The notes under the pieces: generated by a model
What the model was told of the DNA's origin: nothing
What the model saw: the letters and a program-made list of their open reading frames with translations, nothing else
Databases searched by the model: none
Made by a program: the position numbers and the translations under genes
IMG/VR virus record: IMGVR_UViG_3300009540_000001
Location: 32,001-96,000 of that record
Length of the DNA: 64,000 nt
From: a virus
Lineage: Duplodnaviria; Caudoviricetes
Direction: 5' to 3' (one strand)
Shown here: piece by piece, positions 1 to 10,461 of the stretch
Numbering within the stretch: the first letter of the stretch is position 1
Layout: every line of letters starts with the position of its first letter

Positions 1-2
1 TC

Positions 3-2993
3 GAGGCGAAGGTCGGTGACACGTTCCGTCTGCGGGTGCTCGGCATGGGGAACGCGATCACGGCCCGGGTGGTCGGGGTGGAGGACAAAGACCTCTTCCT
101 GAACCCCTCGCGCCCCGAGTTCTTCCAGGACTTCTCGGTGCGCCCGACGCAGTTCTCCGTCGTCCGCCGCCCCTTCAACGACCGCGTCGTAGGCGAACCT
201 GTGCCCGCGCACCCGGGCCTGACGGCGGCGTACAAAGCCGACACCATTACCGGGACGAACGACGTCGACTTCACCTTGAACTTCGAGTTCCTGGGGACGT
301 GGGCGGCGACGACGGCGTACACGATCGGAGACCTGGTCAACGTCGGCGCCTTCACGCTGTACCGCGCGCGTCGCAGCCACTTCTCGGGCGTCGTATTCGA
401 CCCGACGCAGTGGGACGCCGTCGTCGGGATGTACCTCTACGTCATCTCCGACAACCCGGCGAACGACGGGTACTACAAGATCATCGCGGACGCCGCCTTG
501 GGTCGCGTCACCCTCGATCGCCCCTTCGTCTTTGGCGCCGTCACGGGCATCGCGGCCACGACGATGGTCTCGTACTCGGGGCTCTACACGGCGGGGGCGA
601 AACCCGTCATGACGCTCGACCGCACGGTCCTCACGCCCGGCACCGTCCGCGTCACGGCGCGCCGCGCGCACCCGGTCGCCGTTCCTGTCGTTCGGCCTGC
701 GGGGGAGGTCGTCGTCGAAGGCGTCGACTACCGCGTGGACTACGAGAACGGGACGCTCGAGATGCTGACGGGATGGCTCCCGGTGCAGCTCGCGCGCGCG
801 GACTACCAGTGGCAGCGGCTCGTCGATTCGCAGTCGTTCACCCCCGCAGGCGTGTGGACGACGCTCACGCCGTACGCCGTCGGGGACGTCGTGACGGTGA
901 GCGGCGTCGCGTACGTGTGCATCACGGCGGACCCGGGCAGCGTCTCGTTCGACGCGTCCCTCTACGCGAAGTACGCCGCGCCCTTCGCGAAGGACGTCCA
1001 GCGCGTCGAACCCACGCTCGGCATGTGGCTCGTCGACGCACTGGTCGACCACGACGCCCTGTTCGCGAACTTCGGCTTCATGCTCGACTTCAAGAAGCCG
1101 ACGAACGAGCAGTACCGGACGTTCCTGCGCGGCGTCTCGCAGCTGTTCCTCCTGGGCCCCGCGCTCGGGCGGTTCGAGAGCGCGCTGAACTCGATGGCCG
1201 GGTACCCGGTCGTGCAAGAGGACGACGAGCTCTTGCTCGCGTACGACGACGGCGTACACGCCTCGGGCGTCGCGGGCGCCGTGACCGACTCGGTCATCGG
1301 CATCGGCGGCTCCCTCGACGGCGTGGGGTACTTCACCGCGCCCACGGCGGGGTTCCTCTCGACGGACGTCGGGGCGGCTTTGCGCGTGCGCGAGGGCCTG
1401 CTCTTTACGACGTACACCGTCGTCGCGGTCTTGAACTCGACGCTCGCCCGCGTGACGCCCCCGCCGCCGCTCGTGGTGGACCTTCAGTGGCAGTACGAGC
1501 ACGTCGCGATCAACCGGCGCTTCGCGACCGACGAGTACCTCTTCACCGACGCGGACGTCGGGGCGCTGCTCACGCTGCCCTTCGGCACGTTCCCCATCGC
1601 GGCGATCGAGGCGTCGAACGCGGTCACCCTCGACGCACCCTTCGGCTTTCGCGACGCGACGGGCCTCGCGTGGTCCCTCTCGAGGACGGGCCGGCAGACG
1701 GTGACGACGTCGCGCGCGACGTACGAGCTGCCCCTCGGCGTTCTGATGCGCGCGCCGATCATCGACCCGGCCAGCGTGGGGACGCTTCGGCTGAAGGCGT
1801 TCGAACCGTTCTCGGACGCCTTTCAGGTGGTCGACTACGTGGAAGATCCCACGTGGTGGCACAACGTCTCGATCCCCGAGGAGGTGCTCCAGCAGATCGT
1901 GGAGGCGGGCGGCCGAAGGCACGTCACCCCGCGCCTGATCGAGCACGTCTACGGCGCTCTCGACACGGCGGTCTACGGCGACGTGGGCGTCGCGTACGGC
2001 GTCGATGACGAGGGCGAGCCCGGGGTGCAACGCGCGGGGCAGGCGATCTGGTTCGGCGGCGACTCGCTGGTGCTGAACTTCGCGGCGGGCGTGCCGACCG
2101 CGAGGATCAACGACGTCGGACAACACCTGAGCATCCGCTCGCCGGGGTTCGAAGGGTTCTTCCCCGTACGCACCGTGGCGATGGACGGCGTGACGATCCA
2201 GCTCGATCGCTTCCCGCCGCCGGAGTCCGTGGGCCGCGTTCCCCCGCTCTCGGTCGACGTCGAGCTGCCGCCGCTGCTCTATCGGCACACCGTCGCGTTC
2301 GTGATGATGGACCGGTTTCTGAAGTATCACGCCGTGCGCGTGCGCATCGACAAGAGCGCGAAGGTGCCGTCGGCCTTCGTGAGTGATGTGACGCGCCTGC
2401 TCAAAGAAGCAAAGCCGGCACACACCTACATCTACTTCGACAGCTTTACGGAGTTCCGGGACATCGTGCGGCTGGTCGAGACGTTCTCGGTGACGTTTGG
2501 CCCGCTTTACGACGAGCGCATCCGCATGGTGTATGCGTCGCTCGTATACGGCCCGCCGGCGCTGCCGAGGTACAACGACGCGTACCGGTACACGGTCGAC
2601 ACGCAGAGCTTCTCGGGCGTCCCGGGCGTCTACGCGATCGTGCACGCGCTCCCGGTAGGGGACGTCGAGTCGAACCTGGTCAAGTTCCGTTTCGACCCGG
2701 CGATCTTTCTCTCGACCGTCCCGCCGCGCCGCCCCGAAGAGGGGTTGGACTACCTGGTGAACACCGCGACGAACACCGTGGCGATTCTCTCGCCGGACTT
2801 CCCGGTTGGGCCGAACCTCAGCCACTTCTTGTACTGCGTGCGACGCATCCGTCTCGTTGGCGACCCGCTCGACCCGACGGAGACGCATCTGGTCTACGGC
2901 GGCGCCGACCCGACGACGCGCCGCGCCCCGGGACAACTCGCGTACGAGATGGGCTTCCTCGATCGCGCGGTTCAGATTACCCTTGGCCCGTGA
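3..2993 (+). CDS. Baseplate wedge-like structural protein (5'-truncated by window edge)
   Basis: Frame is open from the window start. KPAHT motif near the C-terminus is typical of myophage baseplate wedge proteins. Two W-x4/5-Y-x2-GD-x-V repeats (WAATTAYTIGDLV, WTTLTPYAVGDVV). Lies upstream of tail-fibre-like genes. Confidence 0.6.
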   Translation, partial: EAKVGDTFRLRVLGMGNAITARVVGVEDKDLFLNPSRPEFFQDFSVRPTQFSVVRRPFNDRVVGEPVPAHPGLTAAYKADTITGTNDVDFTLNFEFLGTWAATTAYTIGDLVNVGAFTLYRARRSHFSGVVFDPTQWDAVVGMYLYVISDNPANDGYYKIIADAALGRVTLDRPFVFGAVTGIAATTMVSYSGLYTAGAKPVMTLDRTVLTPGTVRVTARRAHPVAVPVVRPAGEVVVEGVDYRVDYENGTLEMLTGWLPVQLARADYQWQRLVDSQSFTPAGVWTTLTPYAVGDVVTVSGVAYVCITADPGSVSFDASLYAKYAAPFAKDVQRVEPTLGMWLVDALVDHDALFANFGFMLDFKKPTNEQYRTFLRGVSQLFLLGPALGRFESALNSMAGYPVVQEDDELLLAYDDGVHASGVAGAVTDSVIGIGGSLDGVGYFTAPTAGFLSTDVGAALRVREGLLFTTYTVVAVLNSTLARVTPPPPLVVDLQWQYEHVAINRRFATDEYLFTDADVGALLTLPFGTFPIAAIEASNAVTLDAPFGFRDATGLAWSLSRTGRQTVTTSRATYELPLGVLMRAPIIDPASVGTLRLKAFEPFSDAFQVVDYVEDPTWWHNVSIPEEVLQQIVEAGGRRHVTPRLIEHVYGALDTAVYGDVGVAYGVDDEGEPGVQRAGQAIWFGGDSLVLNFAAGVPTARINDVGQHLSIRSPGFEGFFPVRTVAMDGVTIQLDRFPPPESVGRVPPLSVDVELPPLLYRHTVAFVMMDRFLKYHAVRVRIDKSAKVPSAFVSDVTRLLKEAKPAHTYIYFDSFTEFRDIVRLVETFSVTFGPLYDERIRMVYASLVYGPPALPRYNDAYRYTVDTQSFSGVPGVYAIVHALPVGDVESNLVKFRFDPAIFLSTVPPRRPEEGLDYLVNTATNTVAILSPDFPVGPNLSHFLYCVRRIRLVGDPLDPTETHLVYGGADPTTRRAPGQLAYEMGFLDRAVQITLGP

Positions 2994-3496
2994 CAGGCCC
3001 TAAGTCTCCGAATGTCATCCGATCCTCTCTGCGCCTGCGCGGAGACTTGCAGATCGACGTCCGCTACGCCGACGGCTCTCGCCCCAAGCGCACGTACGCG
3101 ATCCGCAACACCATCGTCTATGACGGGCTGAACTCCCCGCTGTACTTGTGGACACAGGACACGGGGAGTCCGACGGACTGGCAGATGACGAAGCTCGTCG
3201 CCGGGACGAACGGGATTCCTCCGACTGTGGGGGATGTTGGTCTCGGCGCTCCTCTGCTGGCCCCGACTGACCAGATGCCCCTCACGGTCGCGAACCGCAG
3301 CGTCGTGCCCGCGCTCGGGGAGCTCGTGCTCACGGCGGGGCTGTCGCTGACTCAGGGGAACGTCGTGCTTCCCTTGCAGGAGGTCGGCATCTTCATGGGC
3401 AACGGCCAGCTCTTCGCGCGGCAGATCCATCCGTCGATCGCCAAGAACGGCGCGATCACCGTCACGTACACGTGGCGCATCGCCGTCACCTCCTGA
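2990..3496 (+). CDS. Baseplate/tail-fibre attachment protein
   Basis: C-terminal EVGIF...LFAR...KN...VTYTW.I pattern resembles phage tail-fibre N-terminal/baseplate domains. GTGA overlap with the upstream gene. Confidence 0.55.
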   Translation: MTGPKSPNVIRSSLRLRGDLQIDVRYADGSRPKRTYAIRNTIVYDGLNSPLYLWTQDTGSPTDWQMTKLVAGTNGIPPTVGDVGLGAPLLAPTDQMPLTVANRSVVPALGELVLTAGLSLTQGNVVLPLQEVGIFMGNGQLFARQIHPSIAKNGAITVTYTWRIAVTS

Positions 3497-3546
3497 CGCC
3501 TTCCTCCTCCCTGACGTCCCTTACGCCGTAAAGGTCTCGCACTCAC

Positions 3547-6324
3547 ATGCCGAACGCCGACGAGAACGTCTCCTTCAAGCAGGGCTCGGACACCGGGCAG
3601 AGCGACGCCCCCTCGATCCAGCCGATTCAGGCGGGCGAGAAGGTGTGGATCGACACGGACAACCGCCCGCTCGAGAACCTCCGCCGTCGCACGGAGATCC
3701 TGCGACGCGAGGCGGAGGACCAGCGGTACTTGTCGGACTACGACCGCGCGTTGCTGCTGCGGTCTGATGCGGTGTTCACACTGACGCAACCGGTGTTCGG
3801 ACAGTACGCGCTGACGATGACTGGGGGCACCTTGAACGTCCACCCCGCACTCTCGCCCAGGGATTCCACGGGACCTGGGCGTCCGACGGGCGGACGCATT
3901 TTCGTCACCATTCCGGGGGCGTTTCTCCCCTTTTCCGGGACGCTGCTCGTCAACGACCTGACGCTCACGGCGGATTACACGGTTACGGGCCAACGCGGCT
4001 ACTCGGATACCGACGACTTCGCAGTCGCGGACACCTTCTCGATCGGTGCGAACCGAATCACGGTCGACCTGATTGCTGACCCGACGCTGGTGCAAAACGT
4101 CGTGACCTTCGGGATCACGCAGACGCCAAAGACGAAGATCACGATCCGCCACGGCACGAACGGCGGAGCGACGTCGCTCAACACACTGATTGCCGCAATC
4201 AACGCCGACCTCACGTCTCAGGGCAGCTACGGCGTCGCGAACTACCTGCGCGCGTCAACGACGTCGCCGGGGACGATGGCGCCGACAGACTTTACAAACG
4301 GTGTGCTTCAGGGGTCCTACGACTCCGAGGTGCATACCGTCACGCCGGCCCAAGTCGTTCTGTTCTTCTCAACGCCCGATAACTACCTGCGCGAAGGCGA
4401 AGGCCTCGCCATTGGCTATCCCAAGGGCCTCGTCGAACCGGCGGTGCCCCCGGGCGTGCCGCCGTACGGACGAGGCGGTGGTCGTCGTCAATCCACCACG
4501 CACTACCCGGTAGACCGCATCGGCGGCGCGGTCTCCAACACGACGCCGCTCGTCGGAACGAACCTCTTCAACACGGCGCGCGAGCCGGAGAAGATCCCGT
4601 ACGCCATCCCCCTCGGCATGCTGGTCGGCGGGTGCTTCGTCTTCATCGACGGCACCAAGCTCGCCGTGGGCGGCTCGGTGAGCCTCGGCGGCGCTTCGAC
4701 AGTGCTCGCGTCGCTGGGCAGCACGACGTTCGGGTCGTCGGGCTCGAGCCTCGTCGGGTATGACGGCTCGGGGCTGTGGAACAATGACTCGGGCGCCCCG
4801 ACGTCGATTCCCGCCGGGACGGTGAACGACGCGCTCGACGCGATCGTGGCGGACTTGGCGGCGGAAACGGCGACGGCGAGCGGCGCGCGGCGCGTAGGGA
4901 GCGAGGGCTACGCCAGCACACACAGCGCTGGCAACCTGAAGCTCGACATCCCTGCCGGGTCCGTACGCAAAGCGATCGAGACGCTGTTGAACGCCCCCGC
5001 GTCTGCAACGCAGGCCGGCGGCGTCGCATACCGCGTGAGCGAGCGCGGGCACCAGATGCACGCCTACGGCGCCATCCAGAAAGACTTCGGGGAGGTCTCC
5101 CCGGTCGACATCTCGGCCGGCGGCGCACGCCTCATCGGCGCGCAGCTGGCGGCGCCGCCCTCGCCCGCCTATTCGGCGGGGCTCGACCGCGCAACGGCCA
5201 CCGCGTTCGAGCTGCTCGAGCCGCTGGGCTTCGACTTCGGCGGCAACGACGTCCTGAACATCCCCGAGACCATCGTGGGGGTGGACGCCTTCCCGAACAC
5301 GATGCGGCTGCTGCTCGCGTCGTACACGATCGCGCGCGCCACGGCGCTCGCGGCGGGTCTTCAGACCGCGATGCACAACCTCGACGGCGGAACGATCACC
5401 CGGATGCTGTATGCTCGCATCACGGGCGCCGGGGCGTACGACGGCTTGTACATCTTCGGAGGGTTCGAGACCGGTACCCCGTCCGTGGTGCTCCTGGCTC
5501 TCGATGGGACTCCACCGGACTTCACGGGCATCACGGGCGGCAGCCTTACGATCCTCCAAGGCATCACGCTCGGCTCGGACGAAGTGGGCCACCGGATGAA
5601 GCTGTTTCACTACGGCGACTCGTTGGTCCCGGTGATCGACGTCGCCTTCGCGGCGTCCCCGGCGGGCGGCTCGCTGCTTCTCCGTGTCATCGACGACAAC
5701 ACGTACCCGCTCGCGTCGTGTGAGCTGCGGTCGAACCTCGCCATCTGGACGAAGGGGGGTGTTGAGCGGCACACGGACAACATCCTCGCGGCGGGTGACA
5801 AGGTGTTGCTCGACGGCGTCGAGACCGCGTCGCCGGTCGACGCGACGGCGAATCACCACCACGGCGTCCCGTACACGCAGTGGAACCCGATCCCGCATGT
5901 GGACGTCGTGTGGGGTACCTCGGGTACCGCCATCGCGACCTTCACGGACTTGACGGACGCCAACGGCGAGACCTTTCAAGGCCCAACCGTTGCAGGCCAG
6001 TCCGTCAAAGCCTACCAGCTCGAGCTCACGATTCGGCACGCATTCACCGACGCGGATGCCGCTGGAACGATCTCTTCCTTCGTGCTCGGAGCTTCTCCGG
6101 GTGTAGTCTACGACGCGACGCCTTCGATCCAAACCACGATTGAGAGCGCGCGGAACTACAAGCCGGTGGCGGGGGCGGCTTACTTCGACAAGACGGTGCA
6201 CGTCATCGTCAACTGCGACGCGACGCGCAACATCTCGATGAAGGTGGCGTTCGACTCGCAAGTGAAACTCACCACGTCACTTGTGACTGCTCGCATCGTG
6301 GCCGCGATTACTGCCCACACCTGA
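3547..6324 (+). CDS. Putative tail fibre / receptor-binding structural protein
   Basis: 925 aa, G/T/A-rich. N-terminal NRPLENLRRRTEIL helix is of the kind seen at tail-fibre N-termini. Follows baseplate genes. Confidence 0.5.
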   Translation: MPNADENVSFKQGSDTGQSDAPSIQPIQAGEKVWIDTDNRPLENLRRRTEILRREAEDQRYLSDYDRALLLRSDAVFTLTQPVFGQYALTMTGGTLNVHPALSPRDSTGPGRPTGGRIFVTIPGAFLPFSGTLLVNDLTLTADYTVTGQRGYSDTDDFAVADTFSIGANRITVDLIADPTLVQNVVTFGITQTPKTKITIRHGTNGGATSLNTLIAAINADLTSQGSYGVANYLRASTTSPGTMAPTDFTNGVLQGSYDSEVHTVTPAQVVLFFSTPDNYLREGEGLAIGYPKGLVEPAVPPGVPPYGRGGGRRQSTTHYPVDRIGGAVSNTTPLVGTNLFNTAREPEKIPYAIPLGMLVGGCFVFIDGTKLAVGGSVSLGGASTVLASLGSTTFGSSGSSLVGYDGSGLWNNDSGAPTSIPAGTVNDALDAIVADLAAETATASGARRVGSEGYASTHSAGNLKLDIPAGSVRKAIETLLNAPASATQAGGVAYRVSERGHQMHAYGAIQKDFGEVSPVDISAGGARLIGAQLAAPPSPAYSAGLDRATATAFELLEPLGFDFGGNDVLNIPETIVGVDAFPNTMRLLLASYTIARATALAAGLQTAMHNLDGGTITRMLYARITGAGAYDGLYIFGGFETGTPSVVLLALDGTPPDFTGITGGSLTILQGITLGSDEVGHRMKLFHYGDSLVPVIDVAFAASPAGGSLLLRVIDDNTYPLASCELRSNLAIWTKGGVERHTDNILAAGDKVLLDGVETASPVDATANHHHGVPYTQWNPIPHVDVVWGTSGTAIATFTDLTDANGETFQGPTVAGQSVKAYQLELTIRHAFTDADAAGTISSFVLGASPGVVYDATPSIQTTIESARNYKPVAGAAYFDKTVHVIVNCDATRNISMKVAFDSQVKLTTSLVTARIVAAITAHT

Positions 6325-6344
6325 GTCTCGGACCCTTTAACGGC

Positions 6345-6381
6345 GAAAGGCCCGGCCGCTCCTCGGAGCGCCGGGCCTTTC
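6345..6381. terminator. Bidirectional intrinsic terminator between convergent genes
   Basis: GAAAGGCCCGG-C-CGCTC-CTCG-GAGCG-CCGGGCCTTTC inverted repeat followed by TCTTT; lies between a + tail gene and - nrdJ. Confidence 0.7.
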
Positions 6382-6413
6382 TCTTTACGCCGTACGCGCC
6401 GCTGGCGCGCCGC

Positions 6414-9400
6414 TCACGTCACCGGCAGCTCGCACAAGCCGCCCGAGCAGAACTTGTCCTCGGAGTCGTGGACGTCCTCCTCGAGCACCAGGGGCTTGAC
6501 CGCCGCCTTGGCCGCGAGGTACTCGGCCTCCGAGCACGGGATGTACGGCGCTTGCGGGTACTGATGATCCCACAAGGGCAAGAACGACACGGACTTCCAC
6601 TTGCCCGTGTAGACGTTGAGCACCTTCTCGATGTCGTCGGCCTCGTCGGGCTTGAATGTCAGGGTTGCCGAGACCTGGTTGTCTGACCACCGCGCTTGCA
6701 GCGCCGTGAACAGCGCGCATTGCTCCCACAGGGTCACGTCGCGGGCGACGCGCTTGGCCTTCTCTTCCTTGCAGGGGAAGTAGGCGACGACGGTGCGGGG
6801 CGTCGTGAGGTCGGGCTCGACGCGGTAGCCCGCGTCCGCGATGGCGCGCGCCAGGGGCGACGCCGCTTCGATGCGGATCGTGCGCATGTAGAAGCGCGAG
6901 ATGGGCATCTTCATGCCGCCCTCGATGCCGAGCAGCAGGGGGATGGTGTTGTGGCTCTTCACGGCACCCGCGTAGAACCAGTGCGTATTTTCGACCTCGA
7001 CGTCGTAGGTGTCCATCTCGCCGAGGGCCTCGATCTTCTTCACCTTGCCGACGATGAGACTCTTGACATCCTCTTTGTCCCAGTTCCACCCCGTGAAACG
7101 GGGGTCGTTCTCGAGGCGCGTGAGCTTCGTGCTGTGCTGACGCAGTCGCGCGAAAGCGCTCTGGTCTACTTTTGTGCCAAGCGTCAAGTGATACATCTCG
7201 CGCTCGCCTTGAAACGATGCGCCGAGCATCTGGAGGGAACGCCCCAGGCCCAAGCCCACAGTCCAACCTACATGTTGAACGTGGGACGCGAATGCGCGGT
7301 CGGCCGTCGTCCAGATCGCCTTGCCCCCAGAGGCGCTCAGGGACGCGCACCCGTCCGAGTCCAACAGCCCCGCGAGGAACGCGAGAATATCTTCGCGGCT
7401 CGAAGTTCGCACCACCTCGGGGATCACGTCGATCTTGTCCCCGAAGTACTTCCAGACGCCGTTTCGGATCAGCCAGTGCCAGAGCATCTTCGACCCGACT
7501 TCGACCACGTGGTCGGTGCGCTCGGGCGCCGTTCGCTGCCGGCTCTCCGTCTCGACCCCGAACTGCTCGCGCAAGACCCTTGCTACTTTGTCGAGATTCA
7601 CCGTACTAGCGTCGGAGAAGCGCAGGCGGAACTGCGCGGGGGACTGCGCACCGTCGCCCCAGAGGTATCCGAGGAGCCACGCGATATCTGGATTCATCTC
7701 GGAGGGTTGCGCGATCCTCGCCGCGTCGTTCCGCATCTTGATCGCAACGGAGTTTACGCGGTGCAGAGCCGCGTGCGTCTCCTTTTGGTACGTACCCAGT
7801 GCGACTTCGAGGATGTCGCCTTCTTGGAGTTCGTCCGTGCGGCGCCACTCGTTCACCACCGGGTAACGGTCTTTCCGCGCCCGGTCCTCACGGCTCGTGA
7901 CGAACCACTGGTGGTTCGGCGTCGATTCGATTTCGAGGCCGTAGCTCAGCGTTACGCGCAGGACCTGGGCTTTACCGTTCACGTACGTCTTCGCGAGCCG
8001 CGACTTCTGGCCTGCGCCCTGCACCGCGTTCGCACCGGTCTTGATCTCGGCCCACTGCATGTCTTCGGGGTGATCGCGGAGCATTTCTTCGAGGGTCAAG
8101 ATTCCCTGGTCAGTGGTCGTGAGCGCGTACCACGGGCGGCAGCCGCCCGGCTTCACGCTCGTCACCTTGATCGACCGCCCGACTCCCATCCACCCCGAGT
8201 AGTCTTCGTCGAGTTCTTTGATGTACGCGTAGCTCTCGCCCCACCAGCGCGTGCACTGACGCAGGCCCAGGTTCTCGTACATCTCCCAGATGCCCGCCAT
8301 GCTGAGCCCGATGCGCCGGTTGCGGGCGATCACCGCGTTCGTGGTCGGGTTGTGCGTGGGGATGCACGTCACGACCTTGGCGAAGAGATAGGCGTACTTC
8401 AGCGTCAGCTTGTACTCGTCGAGCGACTTGTGCCGAGTCGGGAAGGTCTCGACGAGGTTGCACAACTCAGCATCCCAGAGGGTCTGCTCCGAGCACGGAT
8501 TGGTCCCGATCGCCTTCGCATCCGACGTGTTCTTCGCGTCCGACAGGCGCCCGTAGTTCCGCATGACCTCCGGCCACGCGTACCCCGGCTCGCCGTTCGA
8601 AACCGTCTGCTTGGCGAGCTCGGTGTAGTCCTGGTCGATCCCGCACATCACCGTGTTGTTCGAGGCCCAGCGGTACTTGCGCAGCGGGTGCGCCTGCACG
8701 CGGTTCTCGAGCTGCTGCCACGCGGGCAGCGTCTTCAAGAGCGCCTTCTGTGCCTTCACGTACCCGCGAATGTCTCGCTCGACGGGTAGCACTTCCGGGT
8801 CCAGGGCCGAGCGACCCTGGATCGACGCCCGCGCCTCGGTGATCTGCTTCTCGAGCGTGGCCCACTCCTCGTTGCCGCGCGCGATGGCGCGCTGCTCGGT
8901 GTCCAGCGCGATCAAGGCGCTCGGATCCTTCAGCGCCAAGAAGGCCTCGTCGTCGGGGCTCCCCAGCGCGATCTCTGCTGAGCGCCGCACGTTGCCCGCG
9001 ACGACACAGCGCCCGATCCTGTTCTGGATGTCGACGATCACCGTCGAGGTGATGACCTTGCCCTGAACATCCGCCAAGATGAGCTCTACGCCGTAAAGCA
9101 GCTCCTTGAGCGGGCCCTCACCGCTCGCGGTCCCGCCGAACGTGTGGATGGGCGCGCCCTCGGGGCGGATCTGGGAGAAGTCCCAGGAGGGGATAGACCC
9201 TTTGCCCACGAAGGCGTTGAGCAACCTCTCGAGAGCCCCGCACCACCCCTCCCGCGAGTCGGGGATGACGTGCGCCACGTCTTCGTAGACCGGGGTCTGA
9301 ATCCGAATCTTGCCCGCGCCCTGGGTGTCGAAGCCCATGCCGACGCCCAACATGCTGTAGTCCATGAGCATGACGAAGGGCGCGGCGAACTCGAGGTCGA

Positions 9401-9875
9401 TGTTGGCCGTGCCGACCATGCCGCAGTTGAAGAGGCAGGCCCCGCCCTTCTTCTCGACGGCTTCGGAGCCCATCATCCCCAACCCGCGTCCCGGCGGGAG
9501 AAACTTGCCCTCCCACATCAACCGGAACATCACGCGCATCTTCTCTTGCGCCTCGGCCTCGTCCCAGCGCTGACCGCTCTGGCGAACCTGCTGGCGCAGC
9601 ACCGAGAAGGTGCCTTCGGTCACGCGCCGCAGCGCCTCCCAGAACTCCTCGGTCGACGTCGCCCCGTGCCGGACTCCGAACTGCTCGCGGCACGTGCGCT
9701 GCGCGGCGGTGAGGCGCCGCGCGTACGTGCGCTTGAAGGTGACATATCCCAAGGGTCCCCAGTCGGGCTGCTGTCCCGCGAACTCCCGCAAGAAGTCGTT
9801 GTGGAGTCTCTCTCGGTTGCGCGCTTCGATACGGAACACGAACTCGGCATCCGAGGCGGCATCATACGGCATCAT
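6414..9875 (-). CDS. nrdJ: Class II (B12-dependent) ribonucleotide reductase, intein-containing
   Basis: FLPPGRGL, LFNC, VVAGNVRRSA, GTNPCSEQ...CNLVE (thiyl Cys), RRIGLS, VKPGG|TIP across the intein, WSDNQVS, C-terminal KFCSGGLC redox pair. Confidence 0.92.
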   Translation of the reverse strand: MMPYDAASDAEFVFRIEARNRERLHNDFLREFAGQQPDWGPLGYVTFKRTYARRLTAAQRTCREQFGVRHGATSTEEFWEALRRVTEGTFSVLRQQVRQSGQRWDEAEAQEKMRVMFRLMWEGKFLPPGRGLGMMGSEAVEKKGGACLFNCGMVGTANIDLEFAAPFVMLMDYSMLGVGMGFDTQGAGKIRIQTPVYEDVAHVIPDSREGWCGALERLLNAFVGKGSIPSWDFSQIRPEGAPIHTFGGTASGEGPLKELLYGVELILADVQGKVITSTVIVDIQNRIGRCVVAGNVRRSAEIALGSPDDEAFLALKDPSALIALDTEQRAIARGNEEWATLEKQITEARASIQGRSALDPEVLPVERDIRGYVKAQKALLKTLPAWQQLENRVQAHPLRKYRWASNNTVMCGIDQDYTELAKQTVSNGEPGYAWPEVMRNYGRLSDAKNTSDAKAIGTNPCSEQTLWDAELCNLVETFPTRHKSLDEYKLTLKYAYLFAKVVTCIPTHNPTTNAVIARNRRIGLSMAGIWEMYENLGLRQCTRWWGESYAYIKELDEDYSGWMGVGRSIKVTSVKPGGCRPWYALTTTDQGILTLEEMLRDHPEDMQWAEIKTGANAVQGAGQKSRLAKTYVNGKAQVLRVTLSYGLEIESTPNHQWFVTSREDRARKDRYPVVNEWRRTDELQEGDILEVALGTYQKETHAALHRVNSVAIKMRNDAARIAQPSEMNPDIAWLLGYLWGDGAQSPAQFRLRFSDASTVNLDKVARVLREQFGVETESRQRTAPERTDHVVEVGSKMLWHWLIRNGVWKYFGDKIDVIPEVVRTSSREDILAFLAGLLDSDGCASLSASGGKAIWTTADRAFASHVQHVGWTVGLGLGRSLQMLGASFQGEREMYHLTLGTKVDQSAFARLRQHSTKLTRLENDPRFTGWNWDKEDVKSLIVGKVKKIEALGEMDTYDVEVENTHWFYAGAVKSHNTIPLLLGIEGGMKMPISRFYMRTIRIEAASPLARAIADAGYRVEPDLTTPRTVVAYFPCKEEKAKRVARDVTLWEQCALFTALQARWSDNQVSATLTFKPDEADDIEKVLNVYTGKWKSVSFLPLWDHQYPQAPYIPCSEAEYLAAKAAVKPLVLEEDVHDSEDKFCSGGLCELPVT
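6948..8141 (-). mobile_element. Intein with LAGLIDADG homing endonuclease in nrdJ (398 aa)
   Basis: Starts CRPWYAL after KPGG; block B STPNH; LAGLIDADG helices LLGYLWGDGA and LAGLLDSDGC; ends TYDVEV...KSHN followed by Thr. Confidence 0.92.
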
Positions 9876-9885
9876 TCACTCCTGG

Positions 9886-10461
9886 TCAGACGTTCAAGGG
9901 CGACTTCGAACGAGTCTTACGACCCCGCGCAGCGGGTGCAGAGGCGGGGGGCTCAAAGCGTAGGGCGGCGATGACCTCTGCCGCCGCGCGGGTCGGTGGG
10001 CGTATGTCGAGCGTCAGGTGACGAGCGATCTGCGCGAGGACGTAGGCGTCCGCGATGTTGTCGTTATCCGTCGAGAACCCGTAGCGGCTCTTTACGGCGT
10101 TCATGACGTCTTGCTTCGTGGCCCCGGAGCTCGCGATGTACTTCTTGAGCTGGAGGGGGGCGACGATGAGGGGCTCGAGACCGGTGCCGACGTAGAGCCG
10201 GTGCTTGGCGATGCCCGAAGCCTCGCCGAGGTCGAACTCCCGATGCTCGCTGCCGAGCGAGGGCCCTTCCATGGCCGCGCCGCCGTACACCACGTTCGGA
10301 AGGTGGGCGTCGTACCACGCCGCCAGCGTGTGCAGCCGCCGCGCGCCACGGCACCGCGCGACTACCTTTAGAGCCGCAGCTACGACGAGGACGCCGTCCA
10401 CGTCGATGATGACAAGTCCCGGCTCATTCAGGGATTGATCAATCCCCACGAAGTGCAGCAT
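9886..10461 (-). CDS. ruvC: RuvC-like Holliday junction resolvase
   Basis: VGIDQS, MEGP, LKKY...ATKQDV and DNIADA acidic catalytic motifs; GGAG SD upstream. Confidence 0.85.
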   Translation of the reverse strand: MLHFVGIDQSLNEPGLVIIDVDGVLVVAAALKVVARCRGARRLHTLAAWYDAHLPNVVYGGAAMEGPSLGSEHREFDLGEASGIAKHRLYVGTGLEPLIVAPLQLKKYIASSGATKQDVMNAVKSRYGFSTDNDNIADAYVLAQIARHLTLDIRPPTRAAAEVIAALRFEPPASAPAARGRKTRSKSPLNV

